Positions 18,653 to 29,183 are shown, counted from the stretch's first letter. The stretch is DNA of 64,000 nt from Candidatus Hecatella orcuttiae (GCA_002011035.2 MTLY02000002.1:192001-256000); one strand, 5' to 3'. Made by a program: numbers and translations. Notes: generated by a model not told the origin, from the letters alone.

Positions 18653-19756
18653 ATGGTTGCCTATGATACAGTCCTTCAAGCTTTGCCTACTGAAGTTAAG
18701 GCCAAACACCGGCCTAAATCCTTCGGAAATCTTCTTACAGAGGTTGTGAAAAAGAACTTATGCGATAGCTGCGCAGCCTGCGCTGCTTCCTGCCCTGTGG
18801 ACGTCATCGCCTTCAAGGGCGACTCGGAGTTTCCTACTTTGGCAGGGAAATGTATCCTCTGCGAATACTGCTACTACAACTGTCCTAGGACAGGGACCTC
18901 AAGGCGGGAGCTGGAAGAAGCCGCCTTCGGACGAACTAGGACTTCGGAGGAAGAAGTTGGTGTGCTCTTGGAAGCTCACACTGCCAGAGCTCTAAAAGAT
19001 GAAATTTTGAAAAGAGCTTCGGATGGAGGCGTGGTCACAGCCATTCTGGCCTACGCTCTCGAGAAAGGGATCATTGACTCCGCCGTGGTTTCAGGTTTGA
19101 AGCCGGGAGAGCAGTGGAGGCCTATCCCCCGAGTGGTTGACACCTACGAGGACTTGCTGAAAGCCATGGGAACCCGCTATTCCACTAGTCCTACTCTTTT
19201 GGGTCTCCGTTCCGCCGTGGAAGAATGGGACAAGGAGAGAGTAGCCGTGGTGGGTGTTCCCTGTCAAATTAAGGCGATAAGGCGGATGGAAACTTCCCCT
19301 TATGGAATTCGAAAGTTGACGGAGAGAACAGTTCTCAAGATAGCCCTCTTCTGCTATGAAAGCCTCTACCATCAAGCCTTGATGACCTACCTTGAAAGTA
19401 AAGGTGTAGACCTGAACAGGATCACTAAGTTCTCCATTCGAGAGGGTAAGTTTAGAGTTCGGGCGAACGGGGAGGAAGTCCTCAACGTTCCCATCAAAGA
19501 GCTGAAAGACCAATTCCGGCCTAACTGTCTCCAGTGCATTGACTTTACAGGGGAATATTCCGACATCTCCGTGGGCTCGGTAGGCTCTCCAGAAGGTTGG
19601 TCCACAGTTCTCATTCGAACGGAGCAGGGGAAGAAAATCTTCCAGGGAGCTGCGGAAGCAGGGTTTATAGAATTCAAACCTGTGGAAAACATGAAGGCGG
19701 TGGAAAAGCTAAGCGCTGTTAAAAAGAAGAGAACAGACCCTGCCCACCGAGATTAA
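18653..19756 (+). CDS. Coenzyme F420 hydrogenase/dehydrogenase beta subunit (FrhB/FpoF-like) with N-terminal 2x[4Fe-4S] domain
   Basis: [63 protein letters not shown]. Confidence 0.9.
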   Translation: MVAYDTVLQALPTEVKAKHRPKSFGNLLTEVVKKNLCDSCAACAASCPVDVIAFKGDSEFPTLAGKCILCEYCYYNCPRTGTSRRELEEAAFGRTRTSEEEVGVLLEAHTARALKDEILKRASDGGVVTAILAYALEKGIIDSAVVSGLKPGEQWRPIPRVVDTYEDLLKAMGTRYSTSPTLLGLRSAVEEWDKERVAVVGVPCQIKAIRRMETSPYGIRKLTERTVLKIALFCYESLYHQALMTYLESKGVDLNRITKFSIREGKFRVRANGEEVLNVPIKELKDQFRPNCLQCIDFTGEYSDISVGSVGSPEGWSTVLIRTEQGKKIFQGAAEAGFIEFKPVENMKAVEKLSAVKKKRTDPAHRD

Positions 19757-21417
19757 CCTCGCAGAGGCACAGCCCCTTCAGCTGCGGAACCTACCATTTT
19801 AGAGTACCTCAGAAGATAACCCCCTGCCACTTTAGGTTTAGGAGGCTTCCAAGCCTTCAGTCGCCTCTTCAGCTCTCCCGCCTTCAACCTCACCTCGAGT
19901 CTTCGGCGGGGTATGTCGATGATGATGAGGTCTCCGTCATGAATTACAGCAATAGGCCCGCCTTGAGCGGCTTCCGGGCTGATGTGGCCTATACAGGGGC
20001 CGGTGGTGGCTCCTGAAAATCTGCCGTCGGTGAGAAGAGCCACAGAGCTTTGGAGGCCCATTCCTTTGATGGCGGTGGTGGCTGCCAGCATTTCCCTCAT
20101 ACCCGGCCCGCCTTTTGGGCCCTCGTACCTGATGACCACAGCGGAGCTGGGAGGTATCCGACCGGTTAGAATGGCTGTAAGAGCGTCTTCTTCGCTGTCA
20201 TAGACTTTAGCTCTTCCTTTCCATCTGAGCATTTCCGCTACCACCGCCGACTGTTTAACCACAGCGCCTTCGGGAGCTAGGTTTCCTTTTAGAATGGCAA
20301 TGCCGCCCTCCCTGTGCACAGGGCGGTTGAGCGGCCGGATGACGTCTCTCCTCCTTGTTCGGGCTTTCTTCAGGTTTTCTTTCACCGTTCGCCCTGTCAC
20401 CGTCAGACAGTCTAGGTGAAGGAGAGGCGCCAGTTCCTTCATCACCGCGGGGATACCGCCCGCTTCATGAAGGTCCTTTACGTAGTAGGGCCCCGCGGGG
20501 TTAAGGTCGCAGAGGTGAGGAGTCTTCCGGCTCAGCCGGTCGAACGTGTCCAAGGCTAAAGGTAAGCCAGCTTCTCTGGCGACGGCCATGAGATGGAGGA
20601 CGGTGTTGGTGGAGCCTCCTAGAGCCATGTCCACCATGATGGCGTTTTCCAGCGATTTCCTCGTCACGATCTTTCTGGGAACTATGTCTTTCTGCAAAAG
20701 CATCATCACCTGACGGCCTGCTTCTTCAGCTATTCTATACCTTTCAGCCGAAACAGCCAGAGCAGTACCCCCATAGGGCAGAGTTAAACCCAAAGCCTCA
20801 GTCAGACATTGCATGGTATTAGCAGTGTACATTCCCGCGCAGGAACCTGGGCCTGGGCAGGCGCAAGCTTCCATCTCCCTGAGAATCTTTTCTGAGATAG
20901 CTCCCGCCTTGGCAGCGGAGACACTCTCAAACATTTCAGAGTAACTGAGAGAACGCCCCTCATACCAGCCGGGTAACATGGCCCCCCCGGAGACGAAGAT
21001 AGCCGGCAGGTTCAGCCTGCACATGGCCATCAGCATACCGGGAACTATCTTGTCGCAGGAAGATATGCAAACCAAGGCGTCGAAGCCGTGAGCGTTGACG
21101 GCCAGCTCCAAGGAGTCGGCGATAATTTCTCGGCTGGGAAGAGAGTTTCTCATACCCTCATGCCCCATGGCGATGCCGTCGCAGATGGCTATGGTGTTAA
21201 ACTCCAGTGGGGTTCCCCCTGCGGCCACCACTCCCTTTTTAACAGCCTCCGCCAAGCCTTTCAAATGCTGATGCCCTGGAACAACTTCCGTCCAAGAATT
21301 GGCTATGGCGACCAGAGGCTTTTCGAGGTCTTCATCCATCAGACCTACGGCTTTAAACAAAGCCCGGTGGGCTGCCCGCTCTATTCCTTCTACAACTTTT
21401 CGACTTCTAAGCTTCAT
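19753..21417 (-). CDS. ilvD: Dihydroxy-acid dehydratase
   Basis: [51 protein letters not shown]. Confidence 0.98.
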   Translation of the reverse strand: MKLRSRKVVEGIERAAHRALFKAVGLMDEDLEKPLVAIANSWTEVVPGHQHLKGLAEAVKKGVVAAGGTPLEFNTIAICDGIAMGHEGMRNSLPSREIIADSLELAVNAHGFDALVCISSCDKIVPGMLMAMCRLNLPAIFVSGGAMLPGWYEGRSLSYSEMFESVSAAKAGAISEKILREMEACACPGPGSCAGMYTANTMQCLTEALGLTLPYGGTALAVSAERYRIAEEAGRQVMMLLQKDIVPRKIVTRKSLENAIMVDMALGGSTNTVLHLMAVAREAGLPLALDTFDRLSRKTPHLCDLNPAGPYYVKDLHEAGGIPAVMKELAPLLHLDCLTVTGRTVKENLKKARTRRRDVIRPLNRPVHREGGIAILKGNLAPEGAVVKQSAVVAEMLRWKGRAKVYDSEEDALTAILTGRIPPSSAVVIRYEGPKGGPGMREMLAATTAIKGMGLQSSVALLTDGRFSGATTGPCIGHISPEAAQGGPIAVIHDGDLIIIDIPRRRLEVRLKAGELKRRLKAWKPPKPKVAGGYLLRYSKMVGSAAEGAVPLRG

Positions 21418-21507
21418 AGCTGAAAAACCTCCTTATTCTAAGTTAAACTTTTCCGCCGATCTCCACCTAGACAGCCACGAACGCCTTATCGCCACTCAGT
21501 TCAGCTT

Positions 21508-22899
21508 TCATGGTTTTTGGAGGCCTAGGTTTTCGAGTTCTTTCCACACTTTCTGGTAGATGGCCTGCCACTCCGGGGTGGGTTGGAGGGTTTTGAGGTC
21601 GGTGCACTGGGGGAAGCTGAGCCCTTTTGGGGGGCGGCGGAGGCGGTCCTCGTAGCGGGGCAGCAGCGCCTTCACCAGCTCGCAGGCCTCCCCCCGCCTG
21701 AGGCCCGCCGAGGCCTTGACCACCTCCGCGCAGAACCTGTTCTCCAACCCGCTGGCATAATCAGGAAACCTACAACCCGTAGGACGAGTGCCGAAGCCTG
21801 AAGCGCAGCCTGAAGCAGCATCACAAATTTCGAAGGCAGCTGTCTCGTAGAGAAGCATGTCCGTGCAGGGGCCGGCTGTTTGAGTGACAACCCCGGTGAT
21901 GATCGCGTGCGTGTTCAGAGTTTGAGCTTGCCGGCTGATGCTTTGCGCCCAGAGGGCTTCCCTTCCACAGTTGCCCAAGTATCTTAAGTCCAAAGTTGCA
22001 ACATCACCGTAGGTTCCCATGTGTGTCGCCATGTGCAAAATGAAGGCAGCTATCGCCTCCAAGGCGGCGCCTTCCGGTGAACCTGCATAGCCTCCGATCA
22101 TAGAGTGGTATCCAGGCTTGATCATGGCTCCGCAGGTGAGAGCATGAGCTGTCTTATGTAGCAGTTGGTAGCTTGTCACCAGAGGGTTCACAAGAAGGGG
22201 AATAGCGACGGTTAACGTCGGGTTAAACCCCTCAGGCATTCCCAGCCCGCCGAGCTGCCCGTACTCGGTGGGACTGGCTTCGGGTCCTTGAACAGGCATT
22301 CCCACCCTGTTCGCCCTCCTTAAGGCTTCCTTTATCAAGGCAGCTTCATAGGCTCCTAGCAGAGTTTCATAGGGGGTTCGGGCTCTGGGGCGGCGGCCCA
22401 GTATCGTGGCGGGGACTCCTCCGGCTATGATGTCGATCACCCGATATTGGGCGATGCTCTGCATGAGGGGGATGTACAGCTCCTCTGAAATCTCCAGCCC
22501 AAGGGGCGCCATTATTGCCCTCGGCCTAGTCTTGTCCTCTGGCTTTCGGGCTTTCATCGTCACCCTGTTTGCACCCGCCCCCAACTGTAGTTCGCTGGGC
22601 GCCTCGGCTAACACCGTCTTCAGCTCATCTTCTGTGAAATTGATGACCCGTTTGGTGTCGGAGCAGTACATTCCGGTTTCCACGGCCAGCTCAAAGCCGG
22701 CTTTCCAAAAATCGTTGGCCAAACCGTCATCGGTGTTTACCGGGTTTTCCGGGTCGCAAACACCCTTAAGCCCGTATTTCTCCAGTTTCTCCCTAATCTT
22801 TCCCGGAAAGATCTTCAACTCCCAGTTTTTCTTATCAACCACAGGGCCTGTGTGGGCTCTATCCAGAACATCTAGGAACGTGACTTTCACGCAAACCAC
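21508..22899 (-). CDS. mtmB: Monomethylamine:corrinoid methyltransferase (MtmB) family protein, pyrrolysine-free
   Basis: RA.TGP, DDGLA..F.KAG..L..ETG.YC.DT.R, GMPVQGPE (Pyl position), GGYAG.PEG, AGPCT.M.LYE. Confidence 0.85.
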   Translation of the reverse strand: MVCVKVTFLDVLDRAHTGPVVDKKNWELKIFPGKIREKLEKYGLKGVCDPENPVNTDDGLANDFWKAGFELAVETGMYCSDTKRVINFTEDELKTVLAEAPSELQLGAGANRVTMKARKPEDKTRPRAIMAPLGLEISEELYIPLMQSIAQYRVIDIIAGGVPATILGRRPRARTPYETLLGAYEAALIKEALRRANRVGMPVQGPEASPTEYGQLGGLGMPEGFNPTLTVAIPLLVNPLVTSYQLLHKTAHALTCGAMIKPGYHSMIGGYAGSPEGAALEAIAAFILHMATHMGTYGDVATLDLRYLGNCGREALWAQSISRQAQTLNTHAIITGVVTQTAGPCTDMLLYETAAFEICDAASGCASGFGTRPTGCRFPDYASGLENRFCAEVVKASAGLRRGEACELVKALLPRYEDRLRRPPKGLSFPQCTDLKTLQPTPEWQAIYQKVWKELENLGLQKP

Positions 22900-22930
22900 C
22901 TTTTAAGGAAGATAAGGGCGAGCGGAGATA

Positions 22931-23440
22931 TTATAGATTTTTATGTTTCTGCGCAAGCTCAGCGTACATTTCAACGCCTTTCCTTATTCTGCCCATATGC
23001 TGATCGGTGATCTTTTTTACAACTTTAGCCGGAATACCTAAAGCCAACGATCCAACCGGAATCCTTGTCTTCTCGGTCACCACGGAGCCAGCTGCTACAA
23101 CACATGATTCACCTATCTCAACGCCGTTAAGGACCACAGCGCCTATGCCGATGAGGACGTTGTTCCCTATCTTGCATCCGTGGAGAACTACGCGATGCCC
23201 GATTATGGCATTATCGCCCACATAGGTTGGGTAACCTTCATCCACGTGTAAAACAGAGTTGTCTTGGATGCAGGTTTTCTTGCCGATGACGATTTCGTCC
23301 AAATCTGCCCGTATTACTGTGTTATACCATATGCTGGAGTGTTCACTCACAGTCACGCTGCCGATTAGGGTGGCATTGGGAGCTATGAAGCATGTTTTGT
23401 GAACCTTAGGCTTCCTTCCGTAAAAATCTAAGAGTGTCAA
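22931..23440 (-). CDS. Gamma-class carbonic anhydrase family (hexapeptide repeat) protein
   Basis: IRAD...I.IG...IQDNSVLH, IGH...LHGC, G.PAKV. Confidence 0.92.
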   Translation of the reverse strand: MTLLDFYGRKPKVHKTCFIAPNATLIGSVTVSEHSSIWYNTVIRADLDEIVIGKKTCIQDNSVLHVDEGYPTYVGDNAIIGHRVVLHGCKIGNNVLIGIGAVVLNGVEIGESCVVAAGSVVTEKTRIPVGSLALGIPAKVVKKITDQHMGRIRKGVEMYAELAQKHKNL

Positions 23441-23608
23441 TCTTCACACCCAGTCTTCTCTCATGGTTAAGCTTATTAGATAAGGGGTATACGTTTCAGT
23501 TTTTCGTCTCTAGCCAATTTTTACAATCAGCCTACCCGGATTGTTCGCCGAAAATATGAAGTGGAAAATCACCTGATGGAAATCTGGAAAAAAGGCGTTG
23601 CTCAGCCT

Positions 23609-23968
23609 TTAAGGCTGGGAGATGCTCGACTTATCTTTCAGTTTGTCCTTTGTATCCAGCAAGTAGTTTGGTATGCGGAGCTGAGCCACTAGGCTGCCTT
23701 TTTTGGTTATGCGGAAAACGGCGTGGTTTTTTGTTTTTCCGCGGCATTGGATGGTTAAGGTTTTACATGCTGACTTTGACTTTTCGTTTTCTCTCGCTTC
23801 AACAATTTTTTGGAGGAACTTGTCGAGGCTGATGCCATGTTTTTGGGAGATCCGGGTGACATAGGTGAAAAGTCTCTTATCATAGTAGGAATGCCATGGG
23901 CTGGGAGGTCGGCCTCTTTCTCCATCCGTTATTTTACTCCACACAATCCGCATGACGTTTACCGGCAT
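23609..23968 (-). CDS. Hypothetical basic protein downstream of Alba
   Basis: 119-aa ORF starting 8 nt after the alba stop, same strand; no motif recognised. Confidence 0.5.
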   Translation of the reverse strand: MPVNVMRIVWSKITDGERGRPPSPWHSYYDKRLFTYVTRISQKHGISLDKFLQKIVEARENEKSKSACKTLTIQCRGKTKNHAVFRITKKGSLVAQLRIPNYLLDTKDKLKDKSSISQP

Positions 23969-23976
23969 GTTTTAAG

Positions 23977-24255
23977 TTACACGCTTAACGTGATCTCGAT
24001 GGTTGAAATGTTCCTCGTTCCACCTTCACGAAGCTGCACAGTGTCGGTTCCTAGGTTTATTCTGCTTACTTTCAAGTCTTTCATGAACCTGCTTCTGGTT
24101 ATTTCCGCCACATCCACGGCCGTGGTTATGGCTTGTCCTCTCGCCTTCAACGTAACTTCCTTAGTGTCAGGTGTGTTGAAGCAGGTTATGACGGTGAGGA
24201 CGTAGTTCATAGGCGGCTTTCTTCCAATGAAGATGGTGTTTTGCTCCTTAGACAC
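23977..24255 (-). CDS. albA: DNA/RNA-binding protein Alba
   Basis: IGRKPPMNYV, LKARGQAI..AVDVAE, ISTIEI.L. Confidence 0.97.
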   Translation of the reverse strand: MSKEQNTIFIGRKPPMNYVLTVITCFNTPDTKEVTLKARGQAITTAVDVAEITRSRFMKDLKVSRINLGTDTVQLREGGTRNISTIEITLSV

Positions 24256-24397
24256 TTTTCCGGTTCCTCCTCCACCATGGCCCTCGATGAACGTAGTTTA
24301 GGGCCTTAAAGTATATAAGGAAATGCTAAAAGAACCAGTTAAACGTTGAGAAACCATAACGAGAGCCGCCTAGGTGAGCCTATGGGAGCTGAATTTT

Positions 24398-25612
24398 TCA
24401 AGCTCTACCTTTGGAAGACACTATCTTGATTACGTCTCTATGCTTGATCCGGTAGTCTTCGCCAACCCGCCTCTTGCTCTTAGCTTCCACAGCGTAGATG
24501 AAAGTTTCAGCCAGTTCGCTGTGAATCATGCCAGCCAAATCCCTCGCTCCCGTGTCTGGAGGCACCAAATAACAGTCAGGGAGGACTCTTCCTTCGTGGT
24601 CTGTGAGTTTCTCCACATCTTCCACGGGAAAAATGGCGACCATTCCTAGGAGGCGGAAGAGAGCAAAGTCTAGGGCTTCCTGAACTCCCGTGGAGCCGAA
24701 CTTCTTCAACACTTTCTCTTCCACAGCGCGGAGAGCGGAAGTTTGTTCAACTGTAAGCTTCTGAGGTTGGAGGATTTTAAACTCCTTGTCCCCCGGCTTG
24801 TATTCTATCATTCCCTTCTCATCCGCTCTCCGAAGGACCAGTTCCGCCTCAGCGCTACAAGGCACCACAGCGTAGCCAGCCTCCCTCAGCCTAGCCACAT
24901 TTTCTTCAGCCGGCTCAAGGTCTATCTTGTTAGCAACGATCAGGAGAGGTTTGGCGAGTTTCCGAAGCCTCTTAGCTAGGTTTTGAAGCTCCCCCTCGGT
25001 CCACCGGGTGGGCTTCTTAGCTTGAAGACCCAACTCGTCGACAGCCCTGAACACGTCCTGTCTTCGAATCTGAAGGCCGGCTAGCTTTTCTGAGAGAACT
25101 CCTACGATGTTCTCCCCCAACGTCTCGGCTTTCCTAGCGATTCTATCCCAGTCTTTTTTGAGAATCTGGAAAATCCACATGTCAAACTCCTTCTCGAGGA
25201 AGGCTACATCTTGAAGGGGGTCGTTAAGCCCGGGTTTGCAGGGTTTTCCATCCATGTCCGTGGACCCAGCAGCATCCACCACCAGCAGAAGCACGTCCGC
25301 CTTCCTAACCTCGTCGAGAAACTGGTTTCCCAAACCTCTCCCTTCCCAAGCTCCGGGAACCAGCCCCGGGCAGTCAACCATTTTGACTGGGATGAAGCGG
25401 CGTCCTCCAATGCAGGCGGAGTTCACCGGGTTGTCTTGGACGCCGAACTCACGGCACACGCAGTCCACGGCCACGTAGGTAATGCCCACATTGGCCTTGA
25501 CGGTGGTGAAGGGGTAGTTGGCTATAGGCACGGAGGCTAGAGTGGCGGCGGAAAAGAAAGTACTCTTGCCCACATTGGGCTTTCCAGCCAAACCGATGAG
25601 AGGATTTCGCAA
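24398..25612 (-). CDS. ychF: YchF/Obg-family ATPase/GTPase with TGS domain
   Basis: GKPNVGKSTFF, ANYPFTT, D..GLVPGA..G.GLGNQFL, NKID. Confidence 0.93.
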   Translation of the reverse strand: MRNPLIGLAGKPNVGKSTFFSAATLASVPIANYPFTTVKANVGITYVAVDCVCREFGVQDNPVNSACIGGRRFIPVKMVDCPGLVPGAWEGRGLGNQFLDEVRKADVLLLVVDAAGSTDMDGKPCKPGLNDPLQDVAFLEKEFDMWIFQILKKDWDRIARKAETLGENIVGVLSEKLAGLQIRRQDVFRAVDELGLQAKKPTRWTEGELQNLAKRLRKLAKPLLIVANKIDLEPAEENVARLREAGYAVVPCSAEAELVLRRADEKGMIEYKPGDKEFKILQPQKLTVEQTSALRAVEEKVLKKFGSTGVQEALDFALFRLLGMVAIFPVEDVEKLTDHEGRVLPDCYLVPPDTGARDLAGMIHSELAETFIYAVEAKSKRRVGEDYRIKHRDVIKIVSSKGRA

Positions 25613-25709
25613 AACCGTCTTCCCCGTCTTCCTGAAGAGGCTGCTTCACCTTAACCTAATTACTTTTCTACACTTAAAACAAGCGACGGGAGGGGTCTGT
25701 TCTCGCCTT

Positions 25710-27029
25710 TCAAGCCGACTTGGCGGGGAAAATGTCGGCTATGGTTTGGTCGCAGAGAGAGCTGAGGTCGTTGAACACTTGTTCAATCTGGTCGATGGAG
25801 AGGTGGCGGGTTGTGAACAAAGGTGTGACAAAGTCGTATCTGTCAGTGTCCTCCGACAGGATGGATATTCCCAGCTCATTGGCGTAGGTGCGAAGGTAGG
25901 TTCCCGGGAAAGGTGTGGTCATGGAAAGAACTAAGTGGGCGCCCATTCCCTTCAACTCCTTCATCAATTTTTCAGTTTCCTTCAACGTCTCCAAAGTGTC
26001 CTCTGGGAAAGGCATCATAAAGTTACAGAACGTGGATATCCCCGCCTCCACCGACCGTCTCACCGCCCTCTTAACCTGCTCCACCGTTATGCCTTTCCGA
26101 ATGTGGTTCAGGATCCTCTGAGACCCAGACTCAACTCCGTATTGAATGCAAACACATCCGGAGCGAGCCATTTCCTGAACCACATCCCTGCTCACCGTGT
26201 TCACTCTAGCCTCACATGACCATCCGACTTTCACACCCAGCTCCCATATGCCGCGGCATATTTTTTCAGTCCTATCTCTGAACACGGTGAAGGTATCGTC
26301 GGCAATGAAGAAATAGTCGACACCAAACCTGTTGATAAGCTGCCTCATCTCAGCCACCACATCCTCGTGGCTTCGAACACGATACCTGCCTCCGGACAAT
26401 GTCCCCGCTGAGCAAAAGATGCAGTTGTAAGGACAACCCCTACTCGTCACCAGGGTGCCAGGTATCTTGTAGAGCCTCATGGAAAACAGATGCCGCGCTG
26501 GGTAGGGAAGACCGTCGAGATTCTGGATCAATGGTCGGTCTGGGTTGTTTACCACCTTTCCGTCCTTTTTGTAGCTGATGCCTTGAACTTCATGCAGCCG
26601 CCTATCTCCCTTCAGCAGTCGGCTTGCAAGCTCCAGCATCGTGGCTTCTCCCTCCCGGCGGACGACAATATCAACCTGCGGATTTGCAAGGGTTTCCTCG
26701 GCTGTAAAAGTGACATGCGGACCTCCTAGGATGGTACAGATCTCCGTGTTCAGTTCCTTAGCGGCTTTCGCGATCTTCAAAGCGTTTTTGTAGGTGAGAG
26801 TGTTCGCTGTTATCCCGACGAGTTTAGGCTGGTGACGACTGACTTCGGATTTGAACGCGTCCTCTTCCATTTTCACTATCGCCATGTCGACGACATGGGT
26901 GTCGAAACCGTGAAAGAGAAGGTTTGAGGCGATGTAGCCGAGACCTAAAGGCGGGCAGAAAACAGCTTCCTCCACGTAGTCCGCCATGGTTTTAGGCAAA
27001 GGCGGCTGCACCAAGAGGACATCAGCCAT
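25710..27029 (-). CDS. B12-binding domain radical SAM protein
   Basis: PPLGLGYIAS, GGPH, EGE, SRGCPYNCIFC, DDTF, GVESGS, PFPGT. Confidence 0.93.
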   Translation of the reverse strand: MADVLLVQPPLPKTMADYVEEAVFCPPLGLGYIASNLLFHGFDTHVVDMAIVKMEEDAFKSEVSRHQPKLVGITANTLTYKNALKIAKAAKELNTEICTILGGPHVTFTAEETLANPQVDIVVRREGEATMLELASRLLKGDRRLHEVQGISYKKDGKVVNNPDRPLIQNLDGLPYPARHLFSMRLYKIPGTLVTSRGCPYNCIFCSAGTLSGGRYRVRSHEDVVAEMRQLINRFGVDYFFIADDTFTVFRDRTEKICRGIWELGVKVGWSCEARVNTVSRDVVQEMARSGCVCIQYGVESGSQRILNHIRKGITVEQVKRAVRRSVEAGISTFCNFMMPFPEDTLETLKETEKLMKELKGMGAHLVLSMTTPFPGTYLRTYANELGISILSEDTDRYDFVTPLFTTRHLSIDQIEQVFNDLSSLCDQTIADIFPAKSA

Positions 27030-27167
27030 CTATCACATCCCTCAAAGGAAGAGAAGACTTTTCATGGAAAACGCGGAACGGATAATTAAACACGTCTTTT
27101 TTCAAACCAGTCCTAGGATAGGTGATCAAAGAAGCCACGGCTTTCTACTCCGCTTAAACCTTCCTTT

Positions 27168-28442
27168 CTAAGAGCTTTGCTTAGCCGTGAAGAAACTGTT
27201 AGGAGGAAGGTCGGAGTAAACAGTGAGGCCTGGAGCTATTCGAGTGTAAGGGCCCACTTGAACGCCGGGCATGAGGCTGACATTGACTCCTGTCTGAACG
27301 TGGTCTCCCAAGATTGCTCCCAGCTTTCTCAAGCCGCTGTCCACTTTCACCCCTTTCACCGTGATTTTCACAGTTTCGCCGTCAAGCCTCACGTTCCCCA
27401 CCACCGTCCCAGCCCCGAGGTTGCAGTTTTCCCCGAGGATGCTGTCGCCCACGTAGGAGAGATGGGGAACGCGGGCGCCATCCATGAGGATACTATTCTT
27501 AACCTCACACCCCTGCCCCACAAAGGCATTTCTGCCGATGACAGTGAAAGAGCGTATGTAGGCGTTAGGACCGACGGTGCTGCCCTCCCCAAAGAAAGCA
27601 GGGCCTTCTACGTAGGTTCCAGCCCTCAAACAGGCTCCAGCTTCAACCCTCACAGGCCCCTTAATCCTAACTCCTCTATCAACTCGACCTTTCCTCAAAG
27701 GTTTAAGCTTCTTCAGAGCCCTTTTATTGGCTTCCAAAAGGTCCCAAGGTCTGCCTATGTCCAGCCATTCTTCGCTGCTGAATTTTACTGCATAGAAAGG
27801 CTCAGACTCCTCTTGGATCATCCTGTTAACGGCGTCCGTTAGTTCGATTTCCCCCCGAGACGACCTCCGAACATCTCTCAACGCCTTGAAAATTTTTTGG
27901 GTGAAAACATAGACCCCCGCGTTGGCGAGGTTGGAAAGCGGCCTCTTCGGCTTCTCCACGATGTTAAGGACGTTTCCCTGAGAGCCGAGTTTGACGACGC
28001 CATATTGTTGGGGGTTCTCAACTTCAACCACCCCCATGAGGCCTGAAAGTTTTTCCCCGTCCTTCTTCCATACGTTCCTCAGTCTCTCCAAGGCTTGAGG
28101 TTTGAGGTAAAGGTCTCCGTATACGGTGAGAAATTCCTCGGCTTCGAGGAAACGTTCAACGGAGTTTAGGGCGTTTCCCGTTCCTTTCTCCTTTTTTTGA
28201 GAAACATGGTGAACCGTTAAACTCGGATGTGATGTTTCACTCAAGGTTTCTCTAATTTTTTCTCCGAGGTAGCCTACCACCAGAAAGACCTCATCCACAC
28301 CTACATGCTTCACGGCTTTTAGGAGGTGAAGGAGAAGGGGGACACCGGCTACAGGGAGCAGGGATTTCGGTTTAGTCCAAGTGAGAGGCCTAAGCCGAAC
28401 GCCTTCTCCCGCTGCCAAGATGACTGCTTTCAACTTTTCCAT
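27168..28442 (-). CDS. glmU: Bifunctional sugar-1-phosphate nucleotidyltransferase/acetyltransferase (archaeal GlmU-like)
   Basis: LAAGEG.RLRPLT...PK, EKP, RGEIELTD, W.DIG.PWDLL.AN, C-terminal hexapeptide repeats HLSYVGDS. Confidence 0.88.
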   Translation of the reverse strand: MEKLKAVILAAGEGVRLRPLTWTKPKSLLPVAGVPLLLHLLKAVKHVGVDEVFLVVGYLGEKIRETLSETSHPSLTVHHVSQKKEKGTGNALNSVERFLEAEEFLTVYGDLYLKPQALERLRNVWKKDGEKLSGLMGVVEVENPQQYGVVKLGSQGNVLNIVEKPKRPLSNLANAGVYVFTQKIFKALRDVRRSSRGEIELTDAVNRMIQEESEPFYAVKFSSEEWLDIGRPWDLLEANKRALKKLKPLRKGRVDRGVRIKGPVRVEAGACLRAGTYVEGPAFFGEGSTVGPNAYIRSFTVIGRNAFVGQGCEVKNSILMDGARVPHLSYVGDSILGENCNLGAGTVVGNVRLDGETVKITVKGVKVDSGLRKLGAILGDHVQTGVNVSLMPGVQVGPYTRIAPGLTVYSDLPPNSFFTAKQSS

Positions 28443-28487
28443 CCATCAAACTTAGGTTTGTTGAAAAATTAAAATATGCTGACAACG

Positions 28488-29108
28488 TTAAGCAGCCACA
28501 AGCTTCGGTTCTTCATACGTAGAAGGCATGGCTAAAAGCTTACTCTTTCTGACACCAACATGTCTTAGCGGGAGAATTTTAGTGGATTTGTTGTATATTT
28601 CTGAAGCAACCTTACCTAAGACCAGCTCTTGGACCAGTTGATCGAAATTCAAAGTTTTACTTTTCTCTTGGATGACTTCTTGAGCTATTGTCCTTATGGC
28701 TGTCTCTTGGGATGGATTAGCCCTTCTCTTTGTGAAGGCTGTTGCCAGAATCCTAAGCTTAAACCCGTCCTTGGTGGTGGTGTCCACTACCGCGTCCACC
28801 TTGGAGCTCCAACGGCGGACGAGACTTCGCAGGTACTCCCGAGCATACTCATGGCCTTTGAACACGGTTTCCGCCTTAGCGCCTTCCACCTTCACGACTT
28901 GGAAGAAAATCTTGATGCTCATGTGGGAAACATTCTGCTTGGTTAAATCATAGAGAGTTGTTTCCACAACTCTCCCCATCAAATGCTGACTGTCAGAGGC
29001 AGGGAGGAGGGCGATTTCATGGCCTCCGAAATAGGGGGGTGCATAGGCTGTGAACCATGTTTTTAAACGCCACTTATCTCGGATTTTCCCCCTTTTCTGA
29101 GACGACAA
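28488..29108 (-). CDS. rps3ae: 30S ribosomal protein S3Ae
   Basis: DKW..K.WF...AP..F, GRVVETTL.DLT, YLRSLVRR..SK.D, I.PLR.V.VRK.KL. Confidence 0.97.
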   Translation of the reverse strand: MSSQKRGKIRDKWRLKTWFTAYAPPYFGGHEIALLPASDSQHLMGRVVETTLYDLTKQNVSHMSIKIFFQVVKVEGAKAETVFKGHEYAREYLRSLVRRWSSKVDAVVDTTTKDGFKLRILATAFTKRRANPSQETAIRTIAQEVIQEKSKTLNFDQLVQELVLGKVASEIYNKSTKILPLRHVGVRKSKLLAMPSTYEEPKLVAA

Positions 29109-29183
29109 GCTTCACCACCAAAGCTCAATGAATATCGAAGTAGAAGTTTATAAGACTATAGGGAAGACTTTCTCAGAAAACTG

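Noticed and set aside
21508-22899. Pyrrolysine recoding in mtmB
   Set aside because: No in-frame TAG; the codon at the Pyl position is CAA and no pyl genes are in the window
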